From an uncultured beta proteobacterium (GTDB lineage Bacteria; Pseudomonadota; Gammaproteobacteria; Burkholderiales; Rhodocyclaceae), in assembly GCA_963736865.1 (NCBI GenBank), contig CAVTQQ010000001.1, forward strand, positions 170,821-234,820: a DNA stretch of 64,000 nucleotides. The letters are read 5' to 3'. The notes below the pieces were generated by a model. That model was not told the DNA's origin. It was given only the letters and a program-made list of their open reading frames with translations, and ran no database searches. The first letter of the stretch is position 1, and each line of letters starts with the position of its first letter. The translations under genes and the position numbers were made by a program. This document shows positions 52,464 to 63,479 of this stretch, piece after piece.

Positions 52464-52613
52464 GCGCGGCGGCACCAGCCTGGTGACCTTTCTCGTCGGC
52501 ATCTTCGTTGTCGGGCCACTCCCGGGCCACGCGACATGGCACGCCTATCGGGATCTGTTGGAATAGCCGGTTGACGCGCGCCGACACCAACATGACTACC
52601 GAAGCATCCGGCT

Positions 52614-53726
52614 TCAGCGTGCTCCCGAGGCCAGCCGATCGATCATGGCGCGCAGGGCGCGGATCTGCACGCCTTGCTTGTCGGCGTAGTGCCGGTCGGT
52701 ATAGCCCCACCAGTCCCAGCAGCCGTTGGGATTGCGGAACGGCACGGAAACGGCCTGCGGGTAGAGGATGACCAGGTGGTTGGTGTCGGCCCAGGCGTCG
52801 TAGCCGGCGTGTTCGACGAAGGTGGTGCCGTAGTACAAGCCACCACCCGGCGGCGGCCGGAGCGGCAGATGGCTCTGGCCCTGCCGGCAGCCGTGCAGCG
52901 CGACGTGGAGGCCGCATCTTTCGCCGCGGTTGCAGGTGTCGGGCACATAGAGCCAGCCGCTGCTGTCCAGTCCGGTGCTCCGGAAGAAACTGAAGTGCTT
53001 CGGGAAGTACGGCGTCTGGTCGAAGCGGATGAAGCGCCCGCGGCGCGCTCCGGTACGTGCCGGTTTGAGCGGGCCGTGGATCCAGGCGAGGATCTTGCCG
53101 GCGGTGTCGAAATCGCAGTCGATCAGGTAAGGCTCGGCGGTCAGGGCGCAGGCGCCGCCGTAGGCCGGGGTCGGCAGCCCATGGCCGGCGTTGTCGAGCG
53201 TGGCGCTCGCCAGGTTATCCGCCGGCATGCCGAGCGCGGCGAAGTAGTCGCGCGCCTGGCCGACCACGGTCGCCGGCACGGTTTGGTCCTTGCCGCCGGC
53301 CAGGATGAAGGCACGTTGGCGCGCAACATTGGCGGGATCGTCGATCAGGCCAGCGCGGGCGAAGCGTTTGGTCGCCGCCACCAGATCCGCCACATCGGTG
53401 CTGGCCGGGCTCACCGCGCAGGCCTTGTGCCAGGCATCCAGGGTGCAGGAACAACGAGTGGTGGCGGTGACGACGCTGTTCCGGGCGCAGTAGTAGGGCC
53501 CGCCGGCAACGATGCCGGCTCCCTTGACGATTGACGAATGGGCCACCTGGAACTGCGCCGCCATGAAGGCCCCGGACGACAGCCCCGAAACGGACGTTTC
53601 GTCGATGGCGATGTTGAGCGCCGGCAGCGCTTGGAGCGATTCCGCCGGGCAGGCCAGAGGCAGCGCCGCCAGACCGGCCAGCAGCCAGCCGAGAACCTGG
53701 TGACGGACGCGCCCGGCTACTGACAT
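52614..53726 (-). CDS. Secreted PHB-depolymerase-family esterase
   Basis: Signal peptide, a nucleophile elbow GLSSG, and the C-terminal NPNGCWDWWGYTD motif typical of this esterase family. Confidence 0.8.
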   Translation of the reverse strand: MSVAGRVRHQVLGWLLAGLAALPLACPAESLQALPALNIAIDETSVSGLSSGAFMAAQFQVAHSSIVKGAGIVAGGPYYCARNSVVTATTRCSCTLDAWHKACAVSPASTDVADLVAATKRFARAGLIDDPANVARQRAFILAGGKDQTVPATVVGQARDYFAALGMPADNLASATLDNAGHGLPTPAYGGACALTAEPYLIDCDFDTAGKILAWIHGPLKPARTGARRGRFIRFDQTPYFPKHFSFFRSTGLDSSGWLYVPDTCNRGERCGLHVALHGCRQGQSHLPLRPPPGGGLYYGTTFVEHAGYDAWADTNHLVILYPQAVSVPFRNPNGCWDWWGYTDRHYADKQGVQIRALRAMIDRLASGAR

Positions 53727-53731
53727 CTCGT

Positions 53732-55385
53732 TCAGTCCCCGGCGCGGCTTGCCGCATGGGCGCCGACCAGATCCAGCGCCACCTTTTCGGCCGCCCGGAT
53801 GCCGTCGACGGCGGCGGAGAGGATCCCCCCCGCGTAGCCGGCCCCTTCGCCGGCCGGGTACAGGCCGCGCGTGTTCAGGCTCTCGAACCGCTCGTCACGG
53901 GTAACGCGCACGGGCGACGAGGTGCGCGTCTCGACGCCGGTGAGCAGCGCGTCGGCCATGGCGAAGCCCGGAATCTGCTTGTCGAAGGCGCGCAGCGCCT
54001 CGCGGATCGCCTCGACCGCGTAGTCGGGCAGGCAGGCGGCCAGATCCGTGAGGTGGATGCCGGGCGTGTAGGAGGGCTGCACGACACCCAGTTCGGTCGA
54101 GGGGCGACCGGCCAGGAAGTCGCCGACCTTCTGCGCCGGCGCCGCGTAGCTGCCGCCGCCCGCCTTGAAGGCCTGCTCTTCCCAGTGGCGCTGGAACTCG
54201 ATGCCGGCCAGCGGATTGCTGCGCGCATCGCCGGGAAAATCCTCGGTCTCGATGCCGACCACCAGGGCGGCGTTGGCGTTGCGGTCGGCGCGCGAGTACT
54301 GGCTCATGCCGTTGGTGACCACACCGCCGGCCTCCGACGCCGCCGCCACCACCTGGCCGCCCGGGCACATGCAGAAGCTGTACGTGGAGCGGCCGTTGCC
54401 GCAGTGGTGCACCAGCTTGTAATCGGCGGCGCCGAGCAGCGGATGGCCGGCGCTGTCGCCGAGCCGGGCACGGTCGATCAGGGCCTGCGGATGCTCGATG
54501 CGCAGGCCGATCGAGAACGGCTTGGCTTCGAGATGGACGCCGCGCTCGAACAGCAGCCGGAAGGTGTCGCGCGCGCTGTGGCCGATCGCCAGCACCACAT
54601 GATCGGCGGCGATGCGCTCGCCGTCGGCCAGCACCACGCCGCGCATCTGGCCAATGCCAGCGGCGGTTCTCTCGATGTCGAAATCCGCGACGCGGCTCTG
54701 GAAACGGATCTCGCCGCCCAGGGACTGGATGGTGGCGCGCATGTTCTCCACCACCCGTACCAGCCGGAAGGTGCCGATGTGCGGCTTGCTGACGTACATG
54801 ATCTCGGGCGGCGCGTCGGCGGCGACGAATTCGGTCAGCACCTTGCGAGCCGCGATAGCCGGGATCCTTGATCTGGCTGTGCAGCTTGCCGTCCGAAAAA
54901 GTGCCGGCGCCGCCCTCGCCGAACTGGACGTTCGATTCCGGATCGAGCTTGCCCTGGCGCCACAGGCCCCAGGTGTCCCTGGTTCGTTCGCGCACTTCCT
55001 TGCCACGCTCGAGAAGGATCGGCCGGAAACCCATCCGGGCCAGGATCAGGGTGGCAAACAGACCGCAGGGCCCGGCGCCGATCACCACCGGCCGGTTGGC
55101 AAAACCAGCGGGTGCGCGGGCGACGAAGCGATAGCGCATGTCCGGAGTCGGCGCGACCTGGCGGTCGCCGCGCAAGCGCCTGGCGACGGCCGCCTCGTCG
55201 CGCAACTCGACATCGACGCTGTAGATGAAGACGATGGCCGAACGCTTGCGCGCGTCGTAACCGCGCCGGAAGATGGTGTAACCGAGCAGCGCGCCCGACT
55301 CGACGCCCAGCCGCCGCAGGATCGCCGCCTTGAGGTCCGCATCGGAGTGGTCGAGCGGCAGCTTGAGTTCGGTGAGACGCAACAT
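53732..55385 (-). CDS. FAD-dependent oxidoreductase (COG2509-like); one frameshift near 54862 as sequenced
   Basis: The N-terminus MLRLTELKLPLDH... contains VVIGAGPCGLFATLILARMG and lies in one frame. The C-terminal 400 aa lie in ORF 53732..55006. The length is 1654 nt. Confidence 0.8.
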
Positions 55386-55535
55386 GCGAGGGTATCCGTG
55401 GGCGGGCGCGTGGATATTATCGCGCCGAGTCTTGATCCGAGTGGTCGGCAAGCTAAAATCGCGGGCTCTGTAGATAGCCATGCCGGCAGGGCGCCTTCCG
55501 TGGCGCCGGTCCGGCCCCAGTGGAACCCATCCCGA

Positions 55536-57686
55536 ATGAATACATTGCCCCGCATCGGAACCCGTGCCGCCCTTCCCCATAAATTTCGCCACGCAGCCAT
55601 CGCGGCTGGTGTGATCGCGGCTTATGCGGCGCCCGCCGCCGTTCAGGCGCAGATGGCATCGGCCGGCGTCGTCGGTGCGGACGTGCCGCTGGTTACCGGC
55701 GCGGGTGGACCGAACTACGTTGGCGCCCTGTCGCAAATCGGTGTCGGCCTGGATCGGGACAGCCATGTCCATGGTCAGTTGAGTCGGGTCTTGACCGAGG
55801 ACGCGGTGTCGGCCTGGATTGCCCAGGGCTGGCTCAGCCGCGGCAGCGGTGGCGTGCGACTCGACTACAACTGGGTTGCCGGGGTCGCCGGGCAGGACGA
55901 AAAGCCTGCCGCCGACAGCGTGGTGCGCAAGGTATTTGCCGCGCTCGACCGGAACCAGGAGGCGGACCGCAAGCTGACCATCGGCTTCGGGCTGGAAAAG
56001 GAAAACTGGTTCGGCAGCGTCAGCTACAGCCATGGCCTGAGCGATCGGCGCTGGCTCGGGCCGGCCGTCGTCACGACCGCGACGGCGCAGCAGAGCGGCA
56101 CCGACGCGGGACGTCCGTATGTCGATACCCTGACCACCAGCACCGCCACCCGAATCTTCGAGCGGGCGTATGACCATGGCGTCGGGGTGCGCGCCGGCCA
56201 TTTCTATTCCGATGCTCTGGTCAGGGTCAGCTTGGGTCTGGACCGCGAATGGGGCGGATTTTCCGCCCGGCAGAACACCGTTTCGGTGGGTGCGGAGAAG
56301 TTCTTTGCCGGCTCTCCCCACAGCCTGGCCGTCTCGTATGAACAATTCAACCGATCGGGTGAATTCGAAACCCGGGGCAGCGGCTCGCGCATCCAGTTGA
56401 TGTACCGCTTCAGCTTCGGCGGGCCCGCCACGGCCGCCGGCGCCGGCTGGCGCGACAGCCAGCGCCTCAGGCAGGTGCCGGTTCAGCCGCCGCCGAGCCG
56501 GCGACCGAGGTGGCTCAGGCACCGCCGCCGAAAGCGGAGACCCGCAAGGAGCTCCGCATCGTCAAGACCACCGCCAGCATGACCAGCGACGCCTTCTTCG
56601 CCTTCAACCGGGCCGATCTGTCGGCGGCGGCCAAGGGCGAACTGGATCGCGTCGCCGAGACGCTGCGGAGTGCGGAACGGGCCGGCAATATACGGATCGC
56701 CGGCCATTCCTGCGACATCGGGCCGGACGCCTACAACCTGAAGCTGTCACTGCGGCGTGCGATGGCGGTGCGCGACTATCTGGTGGCCCGCGGCAAGCTC
56801 TCGCCCGACATGTTCGTCGTCGAAGGGCTGGGCAAGAGCCAGCCCAAGTACCCGAACACCGCCGAATCGCGCGCCAGGAATCGCCGCGTTCAACCTCGAG
56901 TTCGTCCAGTACCAGGACAAGACCGAGGAGGTGCTGGTGCCGGTCGAGCCGGCAGCCGGGCGCCGACCGACCAAGGCGGCCAGCGCCCCGGCCGCCGTCC
57001 AGTGGCGGACCGAAGTCATCGAGCAGGAACCCGCCTGGGTAAGGCGGGCGTTGCGCAACACGGTGCCGCACAAGCAGACCGTGGACACCTATCGGGGCGC
57101 CGAAGTCACCCGGACCACCACGTCGTCGCGTGTCTACGCGAACCGTAGTCCAGTGGCGCAGGTGGATGCCGTTACGCTGCGCTCCGGAGTTGCCACGCCG
57201 ATCAACGCGCTGGCGAACGACTCGGATCCCGACGGCAATGCCTTGCGCATCGTTTCGGTCGGCACACCGGCCCATGGCTCGGCTGTGGTGTCGGGTGACA
57301 CGATCATCTACACATCGGCCGGTGGCTTCTTCGGCGTGGATAGCTTCAACTACACGGTCGATGATGGTGCCGGCGGCCAGGCGTCCGCACTGGTGACGGT
57401 GACCGTGCAGATTCCCAACGAGGCGCCGCTGGCAAAGGACGACATCTATTTCGTCAGCAGCGTCGGGACGAAGGCCTTGAACGTGTTGGAGAACGACACC
57501 GATCCGGATGGCGATGCCCTGTCGATCGCGTCGTTCACCAGCCGTTCGACCGGAATCGTCACGCGGGTTGGCAACAGCCTGCTGTTCGAGAGCACCGGAC
57601 CCTTCCCGCGAACCACCTTTACCTACACCGCCAGCGACGGCCGGGGCGGCATGAGCACGGCCACTGTGATCTTGATCGACCCGTAG
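55536..57686 (+). CDS. Outer-membrane barrel-like domain, OmpA_C-like domain and two cadherin-like repeats; two compensating frameshifts (near 56480, near 56900)
   Basis: The signal peptide ends AVQAQ. The beta-rich N-domain ends in YRFSF. The OmpA-type segment (DAFFAFNRADL...GHSCDIGPDAYNLKLSLRRAMAV...RARNRRV) is in a different frame. The C-terminus has two NDSDPDG / NDTDPDG repeats. Confidence 0.75.
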
Positions 57687-57708
57687 TCTCGGGGCTTGGC
57701 GCCCCGAG

Positions 57709-58725
57709 CTACACCGCCAGCGCCACCATCTTCAGCGGCGGTTTGCCGTCGGGGCTGGGGAAGTCGGCTTCCGGGGCGATCCATTCGAAGTCGCGAATCG
57801 GCCGGCCGGCCTTGCGGGCGCTGCGCTGGAGCTGGTCGAGCCAGGCGTCGCGATCGACTTCCGCCACGTTGTTGCAGCAGATCAGCGTGCCGCCCGGGGC
57901 CGTGCAGAGTAGCGCCGGCTTGAACAGCGCCGCATAGTCGTTGATGAGGTCGACAACGCCGAACGGGCTTTTCGCGTAGCGCGGCGGATCGAGGAAGACG
58001 AGGTCGAACTGTTGCGCTTCCAGCTTGGGAAAGGACGGCATGCGCTTGCCGCGCACCCGCTCGGCCTGACCGATTCCGGACAACTGGCGCAAGGCGGCGA
58101 AGGCGTCGCTCTTGATGAAACGCGGCCGGACCGGCAGGTCGTTCAGGCGGGCGTTCTCGCGGCCGATCTGGAGGCTGCTCTCGGCGAAATCGACGTTCAT
58201 CACGAAACGCGCGCCGGCCTTGGCGGCGGCGATGCCGACACCGCAGGTGTAGGCGAACAGGTTGAGCACCGATTTGCCGGCGGCGTCGCGCATGACACGC
58301 CGCCGGCCGGCGCGCAGGTCGAGGAACAGCCACGGGTCCTGGCCCTCATGGCGGGCCTGGATGCGGTAGGCGACGCCAAGTTCATGGGCCTCGCGCGGCA
58401 GCAGTGCGGCCTCCATCCGGTCCGGTGGCAGTTCGTTGAGGATGCGGGAGCCGGCCTGGCTGCGGTCGTTGTAGATCGGCGTCAGGCCGGGCAGCACCCC
58501 GGCGTAGTAGCCCGTCAGTTCGGCCAGTTGGTCGGGGACCAATGGCTGGTGAAAGCTTTGGACCAGCAGCAGGTCGCCATACCGGTCGACCGTCAACCCC
58601 GGCCGGCCCTCGACGCTGCCATGGAACAGCCGGTAGGCGTCGGTGTGCTCGGCATGCAGGCGGGCCAGCAGCTCGGTGCGGGCGGCGAAGGCGGCGGCCA
58701 GCAGTTCGGTCAGGGGTTCGGTCAC
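57709..58725 (-). CDS. Class I SAM-dependent methyltransferase (COG1092/RlmI-like catalytic domain)
   Basis: VLNLFAYTCGVGIAAAKAGA motif I and FDLVFLDPP motif. The GTG start at 58725 (VTEPLTELL) is preferred. The longest ORF extends to 58827. Confidence 0.75.
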   Translation of the reverse strand: MTEPLTELLAAAFAARTELLARLHAEHTDAYRLFHGSVEGRPGLTVDRYGDLLLVQSFHQPLVPDQLAELTGYYAGVLPGLTPIYNDRSQAGSRILNELPPDRMEAALLPREAHELGVAYRIQARHEGQDPWLFLDLRAGRRRVMRDAAGKSVLNLFAYTCGVGIAAAKAGARFVMNVDFAESSLQIGRENARLNDLPVRPRFIKSDAFAALRQLSGIGQAERVRGKRMPSFPKLEAQQFDLVFLDPPRYAKSPFGVVDLINDYAALFKPALLCTAPGGTLICCNNVAEVDRDAWLDQLQRSARKAGRPIRDFEWIAPEADFPSPDGKPPLKMVALAV

Positions 58726-59031
58726 GGGAATTCCAGTCGGTCGGGTGGGGGACCAGGGCCGTTTACATGGGGATACCCGGCGATGGCGACGCCATTGTAG
58801 CGACTCGCCCGACATGACACCGGACAATCCGTGGCGGGGTCAACTGGCGACGAAAACGACACGGGCTTTGACTACGCGATGGGAAGTGACGATACTCCGC
58901 ATCGATGCGATCGGAATTCGATTGCGCCTCGTTGGCCGGTTGGCTTGCGCTGTTGCGCGGGCGCCGGGCACGCGGCAAGGACCAGGGCAAGCGACGCTAT
59001 CGACGCTGGGCCGCGTCGGCAGGAGCAAGCT

Positions 59032-60177
59032 ATGTGGGAAGCAACGGACAAAGGCGGGCAGGCGTGCCCGAGTCGCAGGAGCATGGATCGTGACTCCGGG
59101 TCGCGGCCGCTGGCAGGCATCGGAGCGCGGCACCGGCTAACCTGGGAGGATCAGCGTGCCCAGTACTGGACCCGGCTGCTTTTCTGCGGCCTGGCGCTGC
59201 TCTACTTCAACTTCGGCGGCGAGGCGCAGGTTAGGCCGTGGACCAGCCTTGCCGTTGTCAACGCCGTGATCTGGCTTTACGGCCTGGAGCTCCTGTCGTT
59301 CATGTGGCATGCCGCGCGCGTACCCCACGCGCCGTGGCGCCAGCGGCTGACGATGTGGGTGGACATCGTGGTCGCGTCCTTCGCCGTGCTGGCCGACGCC
59401 ACGGTGAGTTCGCCTGGCTTCCTTGTCTATCTGATGGTGATTCTCGGCAACGGCATGCGCTATGGCCTGCGCCTGTTCGGCGAGGCGGTGATCGGCAGCC
59501 TGGGCGCGGTGGTGCTGATCGTGAGCCTGCGGCTGTTCGACTACATGAACATCTTCTCGGTGAGCGCCGTCTTCTTTCTGGTGTTCTTCGCCATCATCGT
59601 CCTCTACTCTTATTCCCTGACCGCCAAGATCGAGCGCGCCCGGGCGAAACTGGCGCATGAACGCAATGTGGACGCGCTGACCGGCTTGCTCAATCGACGC
59701 GCGCTGATGGAATGCGCCGATCAGCTTTTCCAGTTGCCGGAGAACCGGGATGGCGGCATCGTCGTGCTGTTCGCCGACCTGGATGGCTTCAAGGCGGTGA
59801 ACGACACCCACGGCCACCATGTCGGCGACCGCGTGCTGGCGGCCGTGGCCGGCCGGATAGCGGAGATTGTCCGCGACGTGGATCTGGTGGCCCGCTACGG
59901 CGGCGACGAGTTCATCCTGATCCTGCCGGCGACCACCCGCGAGGGCGGCGAACTGGTGGCCCAGCGCCTGCGCCGGGTGATCGAAGACTGCGCGCGCGAC
60001 AACGGCATGGACTTCAGCGTCTCGATCGGGATGGGCAACTACCCGAATCACGGCGCCGATCTTGCATCGGTGGTCTCGGCGGTGGACAAGGCCATGTACC
60101 ACAGCAAGCTGGTTCATGGCCGCGGCGGCATCCTTCATGTGGACGGCATCGACCGGCCATTGTCGCCGGCGGACTGA
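59032..60177 (+). CDS. Membrane-anchored diguanylate cyclase (GGDEF)
   Basis: An AGGAG RBS precedes ATG 59032. Five or six TM helices are followed by DALTGLLNRR and RYGGDEFILILP. Confidence 0.88.
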   Translation: MWEATDKGGQACPSRRSMDRDSGSRPLAGIGARHRLTWEDQRAQYWTRLLFCGLALLYFNFGGEAQVRPWTSLAVVNAVIWLYGLELLSFMWHAARVPHAPWRQRLTMWVDIVVASFAVLADATVSSPGFLVYLMVILGNGMRYGLRLFGEAVIGSLGAVVLIVSLRLFDYMNIFSVSAVFFLVFFAIIVLYSYSLTAKIERARAKLAHERNVDALTGLLNRRALMECADQLFQLPENRDGGIVVLFADLDGFKAVNDTHGHHVGDRVLAAVAGRIAEIVRDVDLVARYGGDEFILILPATTREGGELVAQRLRRVIEDCARDNGMDFSVSIGMGNYPNHGADLASVVSAVDKAMYHSKLVHGRGGILHVDGIDRPLSPAD

Positions 60178-60208
60178 CGGGCTTTCGACTCGGCCGGGCG
60201 CGGCCGCG

Positions 60209-61426
60209 TCAGCCGGCTCGTGAGACGGCTTCCCTGGCCCGCGCCAGCCTCGGCGCCACTACAGGCACGGTAAGCATGGTGCTGGCCACCGCCATCAACA
60301 GCAGGGCGGTGAAGGTCTCGCTGGTGATGATCTGCTTGTCGAGCAGGATGTTGGCGAAGATGATCATGATCAGCGCCTTGGTCTGCAGGAGCCAGCCGAT
60401 GATGCCGGCTTCGCCGGCGGGCCAGCGCAGGATGCGGCCGGCGACGCGCACGCCGAGCAGCTTGCCGGCTACTGATGCGACCAGCAACAGCGCGGCGGCG
60501 ACGAATACCGTCTCGCCGCCCAGCGTCCAGGTGGTGCGCAGGCCGGTGCTGAGGAAGAAGACCGGCATGACCACCAGCAGCACATGGTGGCGCAGCAAGT
60601 CCATCTTCTCCTGATCGAACCAATCCGCCTCCATGATGGCGCCGGCCAGGAAGGCGCCGACCATGAAATGCAGGCCCGACCAGTCGGCGCCGAAGGCGCA
60701 CGCGGCCAGCCAGATCAGCGCCACGTACCAGCGGTCGCGTTCCGCCAGCCGGCCCATCAGGTGGTGGAAGAGATAGCCGAGTACCGCGAAGGCGGCCAGA
60801 AAGCCCGCCTGCTTGCCGACCCGCTGCCAATCCATCAGGATCAGCGCCAGCACGCCCCAGATGGCGATGTCGTCCAGGCTGGCGTAGCGCAGGATGCGCT
60901 GGCCGATCGGCTGGCGCAGGATCTCCAGCTTCTCCATCAGCAGGATGAGAATGGGCAGCGCCGTCACCGCGCAGGCCATGCCGACGCCGACCACGAACTG
61001 CCAGGTCAGGGCGCGCGGCCCCATCCAGCCTTCCTGCAGGAGCAACACGGCGGCGGCCAGGCAGCCGAAGATCAGCGGCATGCCCAGTGCCAGCCCGGCG
61101 GTGATGCCGCCTTCGCGGCGGTGTACCCAGGCCTTGCGCAGGTCGAGCTCGACCCCGGCGATCATGACGAACAGCATCACCGCCCACCAGGCGATGCCGT
61201 TCAGCGACTGCACCACGGCGGGCGTGAAGACGAACTGGTAGTAGTCGGGAAAAGCCCGGCCGAGGATGCCCGGCCCGAGCAGGATGCCGGTAACGATCTG
61301 TACCACCACCAGCGGCGCGTAGTAGTCGGTGCGCCCCAGCCGCCAGATCAGGTAGGGTGCGGTGAATATGATCGCCATGGCGATCAGGAAGATCTCCGTC
61401 GTGTTCATCGTCATCGACGTCGTCAC
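60209..61426 (-). CDS. Cation:proton antiporter (CPA2/Kef-NapA type)
   Basis: 405-aa polytopic ORF with VVVQIVTGILLGPGILG and MIAGVELDL motifs. Confidence 0.85.
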   Translation of the reverse strand: MTTSMTMNTTEIFLIAMAIIFTAPYLIWRLGRTDYYAPLVVVQIVTGILLGPGILGRAFPDYYQFVFTPAVVQSLNGIAWWAVMLFVMIAGVELDLRKAWVHRREGGITAGLALGMPLIFGCLAAAVLLLQEGWMGPRALTWQFVVGVGMACAVTALPILILLMEKLEILRQPIGQRILRYASLDDIAIWGVLALILMDWQRVGKQAGFLAAFAVLGYLFHHLMGRLAERDRWYVALIWLAACAFGADWSGLHFMVGAFLAGAIMEADWFDQEKMDLLRHHVLLVVMPVFFLSTGLRTTWTLGGETVFVAAALLLVASVAGKLLGVRVAGRILRWPAGEAGIIGWLLQTKALIMIIFANILLDKQIITSETFTALLLMAVASTMLTVPVVAPRLARAREAVSRAG

Positions 61427-61481
61427 GGGCCGGTCAGGCTGCCCGGTGGCGCGGCGTTCGCGATCCTGAAGTCCATTCGCC

Positions 61482-62687
61482 CTACCTCAATATCGCCACG
61501 AAAATCCCCGCCAGGATCGCGGAAGTGATGACGCCGCTGATGTTGGCGCCGAGGGCATGGGGCATGATCATCACGCCGGGATTGGCCTCCGTGGCGAGCT
61601 TCTGCACCACCTTGGCCGTGGTCGGTACGCAACTGACGCCGGCGATGCCGATCATGGGATTGAACTTGCCCTGGTACCAGAAATACAGCGCATAGCCGCC
61701 GATGATGCCGCCGATGCCCGAGAGCAGCAGTGCCAGGCAGCCGAGCAGCAGCAACTTGAGAACCACCGGGTCGAGCAGGGTGCTCGCTTCGCAGAGTATG
61801 CCGAGCGTCAGGCCGAGGAAGAAGGTCGCGCCGTAGAGGAAGGTTTCGCCGAGCAGATTCTGAAAATTGACCAGGCCGCTCTCTCGCACCGCGACGCCGA
61901 CGAACAGCGACAGGAAGAGGGGTGCCGCGACGGGGAACAGGAGGCAGAGCAAGGTGCAAATGACGACGGCAAAGACCAGCTTCTGCGCCGAGGTGATCTT
62001 CCTGACATCGTCCACCGGCATCGGGATCGCGCGCAGTCGCTTGGGGATCAGCAACTTGATGAGGTACGGATAGCCGCCGTAGGTGAGCCCCAGGTAGAGA
62101 TAGCCGACCACGGTGATCGGCACGAACAGGTGCTTGGCCAGCACCAGGGAGGTGAACAGCACCATGGGCCCGTCGGCGCCGCCGATCATGGCCACCGAGG
62201 CGGCCTCCCGTTCGGTCATGCCGATGGCGACGCCGATGGGAAAGACCAGCACGGTGCCCAGTTCGGCGAACAGGGCCAGGATCATGCTCTGGAACGGCCG
62301 CGCCATGACGAAGCCGACGTCCAGCAGCACGCCGATGCCCATGAAGACCAGACAGGCGATCAGGCCGTTGCTGAACATCAGCGTGTAGATGGGTTGCAAC
62401 CAGTCGATCTGGAGGATGTTCACCACCTCGTCCGGCGTCGTGACCAGCGGGTCGACGAACAGGGTGCCGGTCCGGCCGCCCTCGAACACCAGAACCCCGG
62501 CGTTGACCGCCGACATGCCCAGGCCCATCGGGATCATCAGCAGTGGCTCCAGCACCCCCTTCTTGCCCAGATAGACGAGCAGGAAGCCCAGCAACATCAG
62601 GACGACGCGGCCGATGGCGATCTTCGGCTCCTGGGAAAACAGCGTGCCGACGCCCTGGAACAGATCGAGAAAGCCAATACCTTCCAT
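61482..62687 (-). CDS. Sodium ion-translocating decarboxylase beta subunit (OadB/MmdB/GcdB family)
   Basis: 401-aa polytopic ORF with conserved MIGGADGP and the C-terminal PHALGANISGVITSAILAG. Confidence 0.9.
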   Translation of the reverse strand: MEGIGFLDLFQGVGTLFSQEPKIAIGRVVLMLLGFLLVYLGKKGVLEPLLMIPMGLGMSAVNAGVLVFEGGRTGTLFVDPLVTTPDEVVNILQIDWLQPIYTLMFSNGLIACLVFMGIGVLLDVGFVMARPFQSMILALFAELGTVLVFPIGVAIGMTEREAASVAMIGGADGPMVLFTSLVLAKHLFVPITVVGYLYLGLTYGGYPYLIKLLIPKRLRAIPMPVDDVRKITSAQKLVFAVVICTLLCLLFPVAAPLFLSLFVGVAVRESGLVNFQNLLGETFLYGATFFLGLTLGILCEASTLLDPVVLKLLLLGCLALLLSGIGGIIGGYALYFWYQGKFNPMIGIAGVSCVPTTAKVVQKLATEANPGVMIMPHALGANISGVITSAILAGIFVAILR

Positions 62688-62699
62688 GATGGTGCGGCC

Positions 62700-63095
62700 T
62701 CAGGCAAGAGTGACCAGGATCTGCCCGGCATCCACCGCCTCGCCGACCTTGACGACGACTTCCGTCACCGTGCCGTTGCGGTGCGCGATCATTGGCGTCT
62801 TCATCTTCATGGCCTCGATGACTACCATCTTGTCACCCTGCTTGACCGGCTGGCCAACGGTGACCAGGATCGATTCAACCATCCCGCCGAGCGTGCTGGT
62901 CACGTCGCCAGCTCGCGTCGGACCGCGCATCGCCGGCGCCGTCGTGGCGGCCATCGGCGCGGCCGCCGGCACCGCGGCGGTGGGAATGCTCATGCTGCCC
63001 GGCTGCGGGTAGAGCAGGCCAGCGCCTTCGGTCAGATCCTCGACGGTGACGTCGTACTGCCTGCCATCGACGGTGATGCGGAAATGCTTTTCCAT
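62700..63095 (-). CDS. Biotin carboxyl carrier subunit of the decarboxylase
   Basis: ATG 63095 has a GGGAGGGAGAA RBS. The biotinyl-Lys motif is IEAMKMK and the linker is Ala/Pro-rich. Confidence 0.85.
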   Translation of the reverse strand: MEKHFRITVDGRQYDVTVEDLTEGAGLLYPQPGSMSIPTAAVPAAAPMAATTAPAMRGPTRAGDVTSTLGGMVESILVTVGQPVKQGDKMVVIEAMKMKTPMIAHRNGTVTEVVVKVGEAVDAGQILVTLA

Positions 63096-63135
63096 GGTTC
63101 TCCCTCCCGGTTGCCGGTGTCCGCCGGCCGGTGCG

Positions 63136-63462
63136 TCAGTGCTTCGGATGGCGCTCCTGGCCATGCGACGCGTGGTGGGCTTGGCGGCCCTCGGCGAGCC
63201 AGCCGGCCTGGCGGCGGGTCGGCTCGATATGCACCACGCGGTGGGCGCCGATCAGCGCATGAACCGCCGCCGCGATGGCCACCACATGATCCGCCGCCAG
63301 GTCGAACCCCGGCGCCTGGGGGACCGGCGCCGGCCGTGGCACGGTCTTGCCTTCGATACGGTCCAGTACCAGAACGATCAGCTTGATAGCCACTGCGATC
63401 ACCATGGCAACCACCACGGCGAGGGCGTAAATCCACAGGGTCTTGCTCCAGATGTCGGCCAT
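63136..63462 (-). CDS. OadG-like small membrane subunit of the Na+ decarboxylase
   Basis: 108-aa ORF with a single N-terminal TM helix (LWIYALAVVVAMVIAVAIKLIVLVL). It lies between the carboxyltransferase and the biotin carrier. Confidence 0.6.
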   Translation of the reverse strand: MADIWSKTLWIYALAVVVAMVIAVAIKLIVLVLDRIEGKTVPRPAPVPQAPGFDLAADHVVAIAAAVHALIGAHRVVHIEPTRRQAGWLAEGRQAHHASHGQERHPKH

Positions 63463-63479
63463 GGCGTTCTCCAGGCGGA

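Noticed and set aside
52440-52566. A type IV pilin-like N-terminal segment (KRGGTSLVTFLVGIFVVGPLPGHATWHAYRDLLE) in a frame overlapping the 3' end of the CorC gene.
   Set aside because: There is no start codon or RBS. The invariant Glu at position +5 is replaced. The segment is only about 35 codons long. It is most likely a chance resemblance or an unrecoverable relic.
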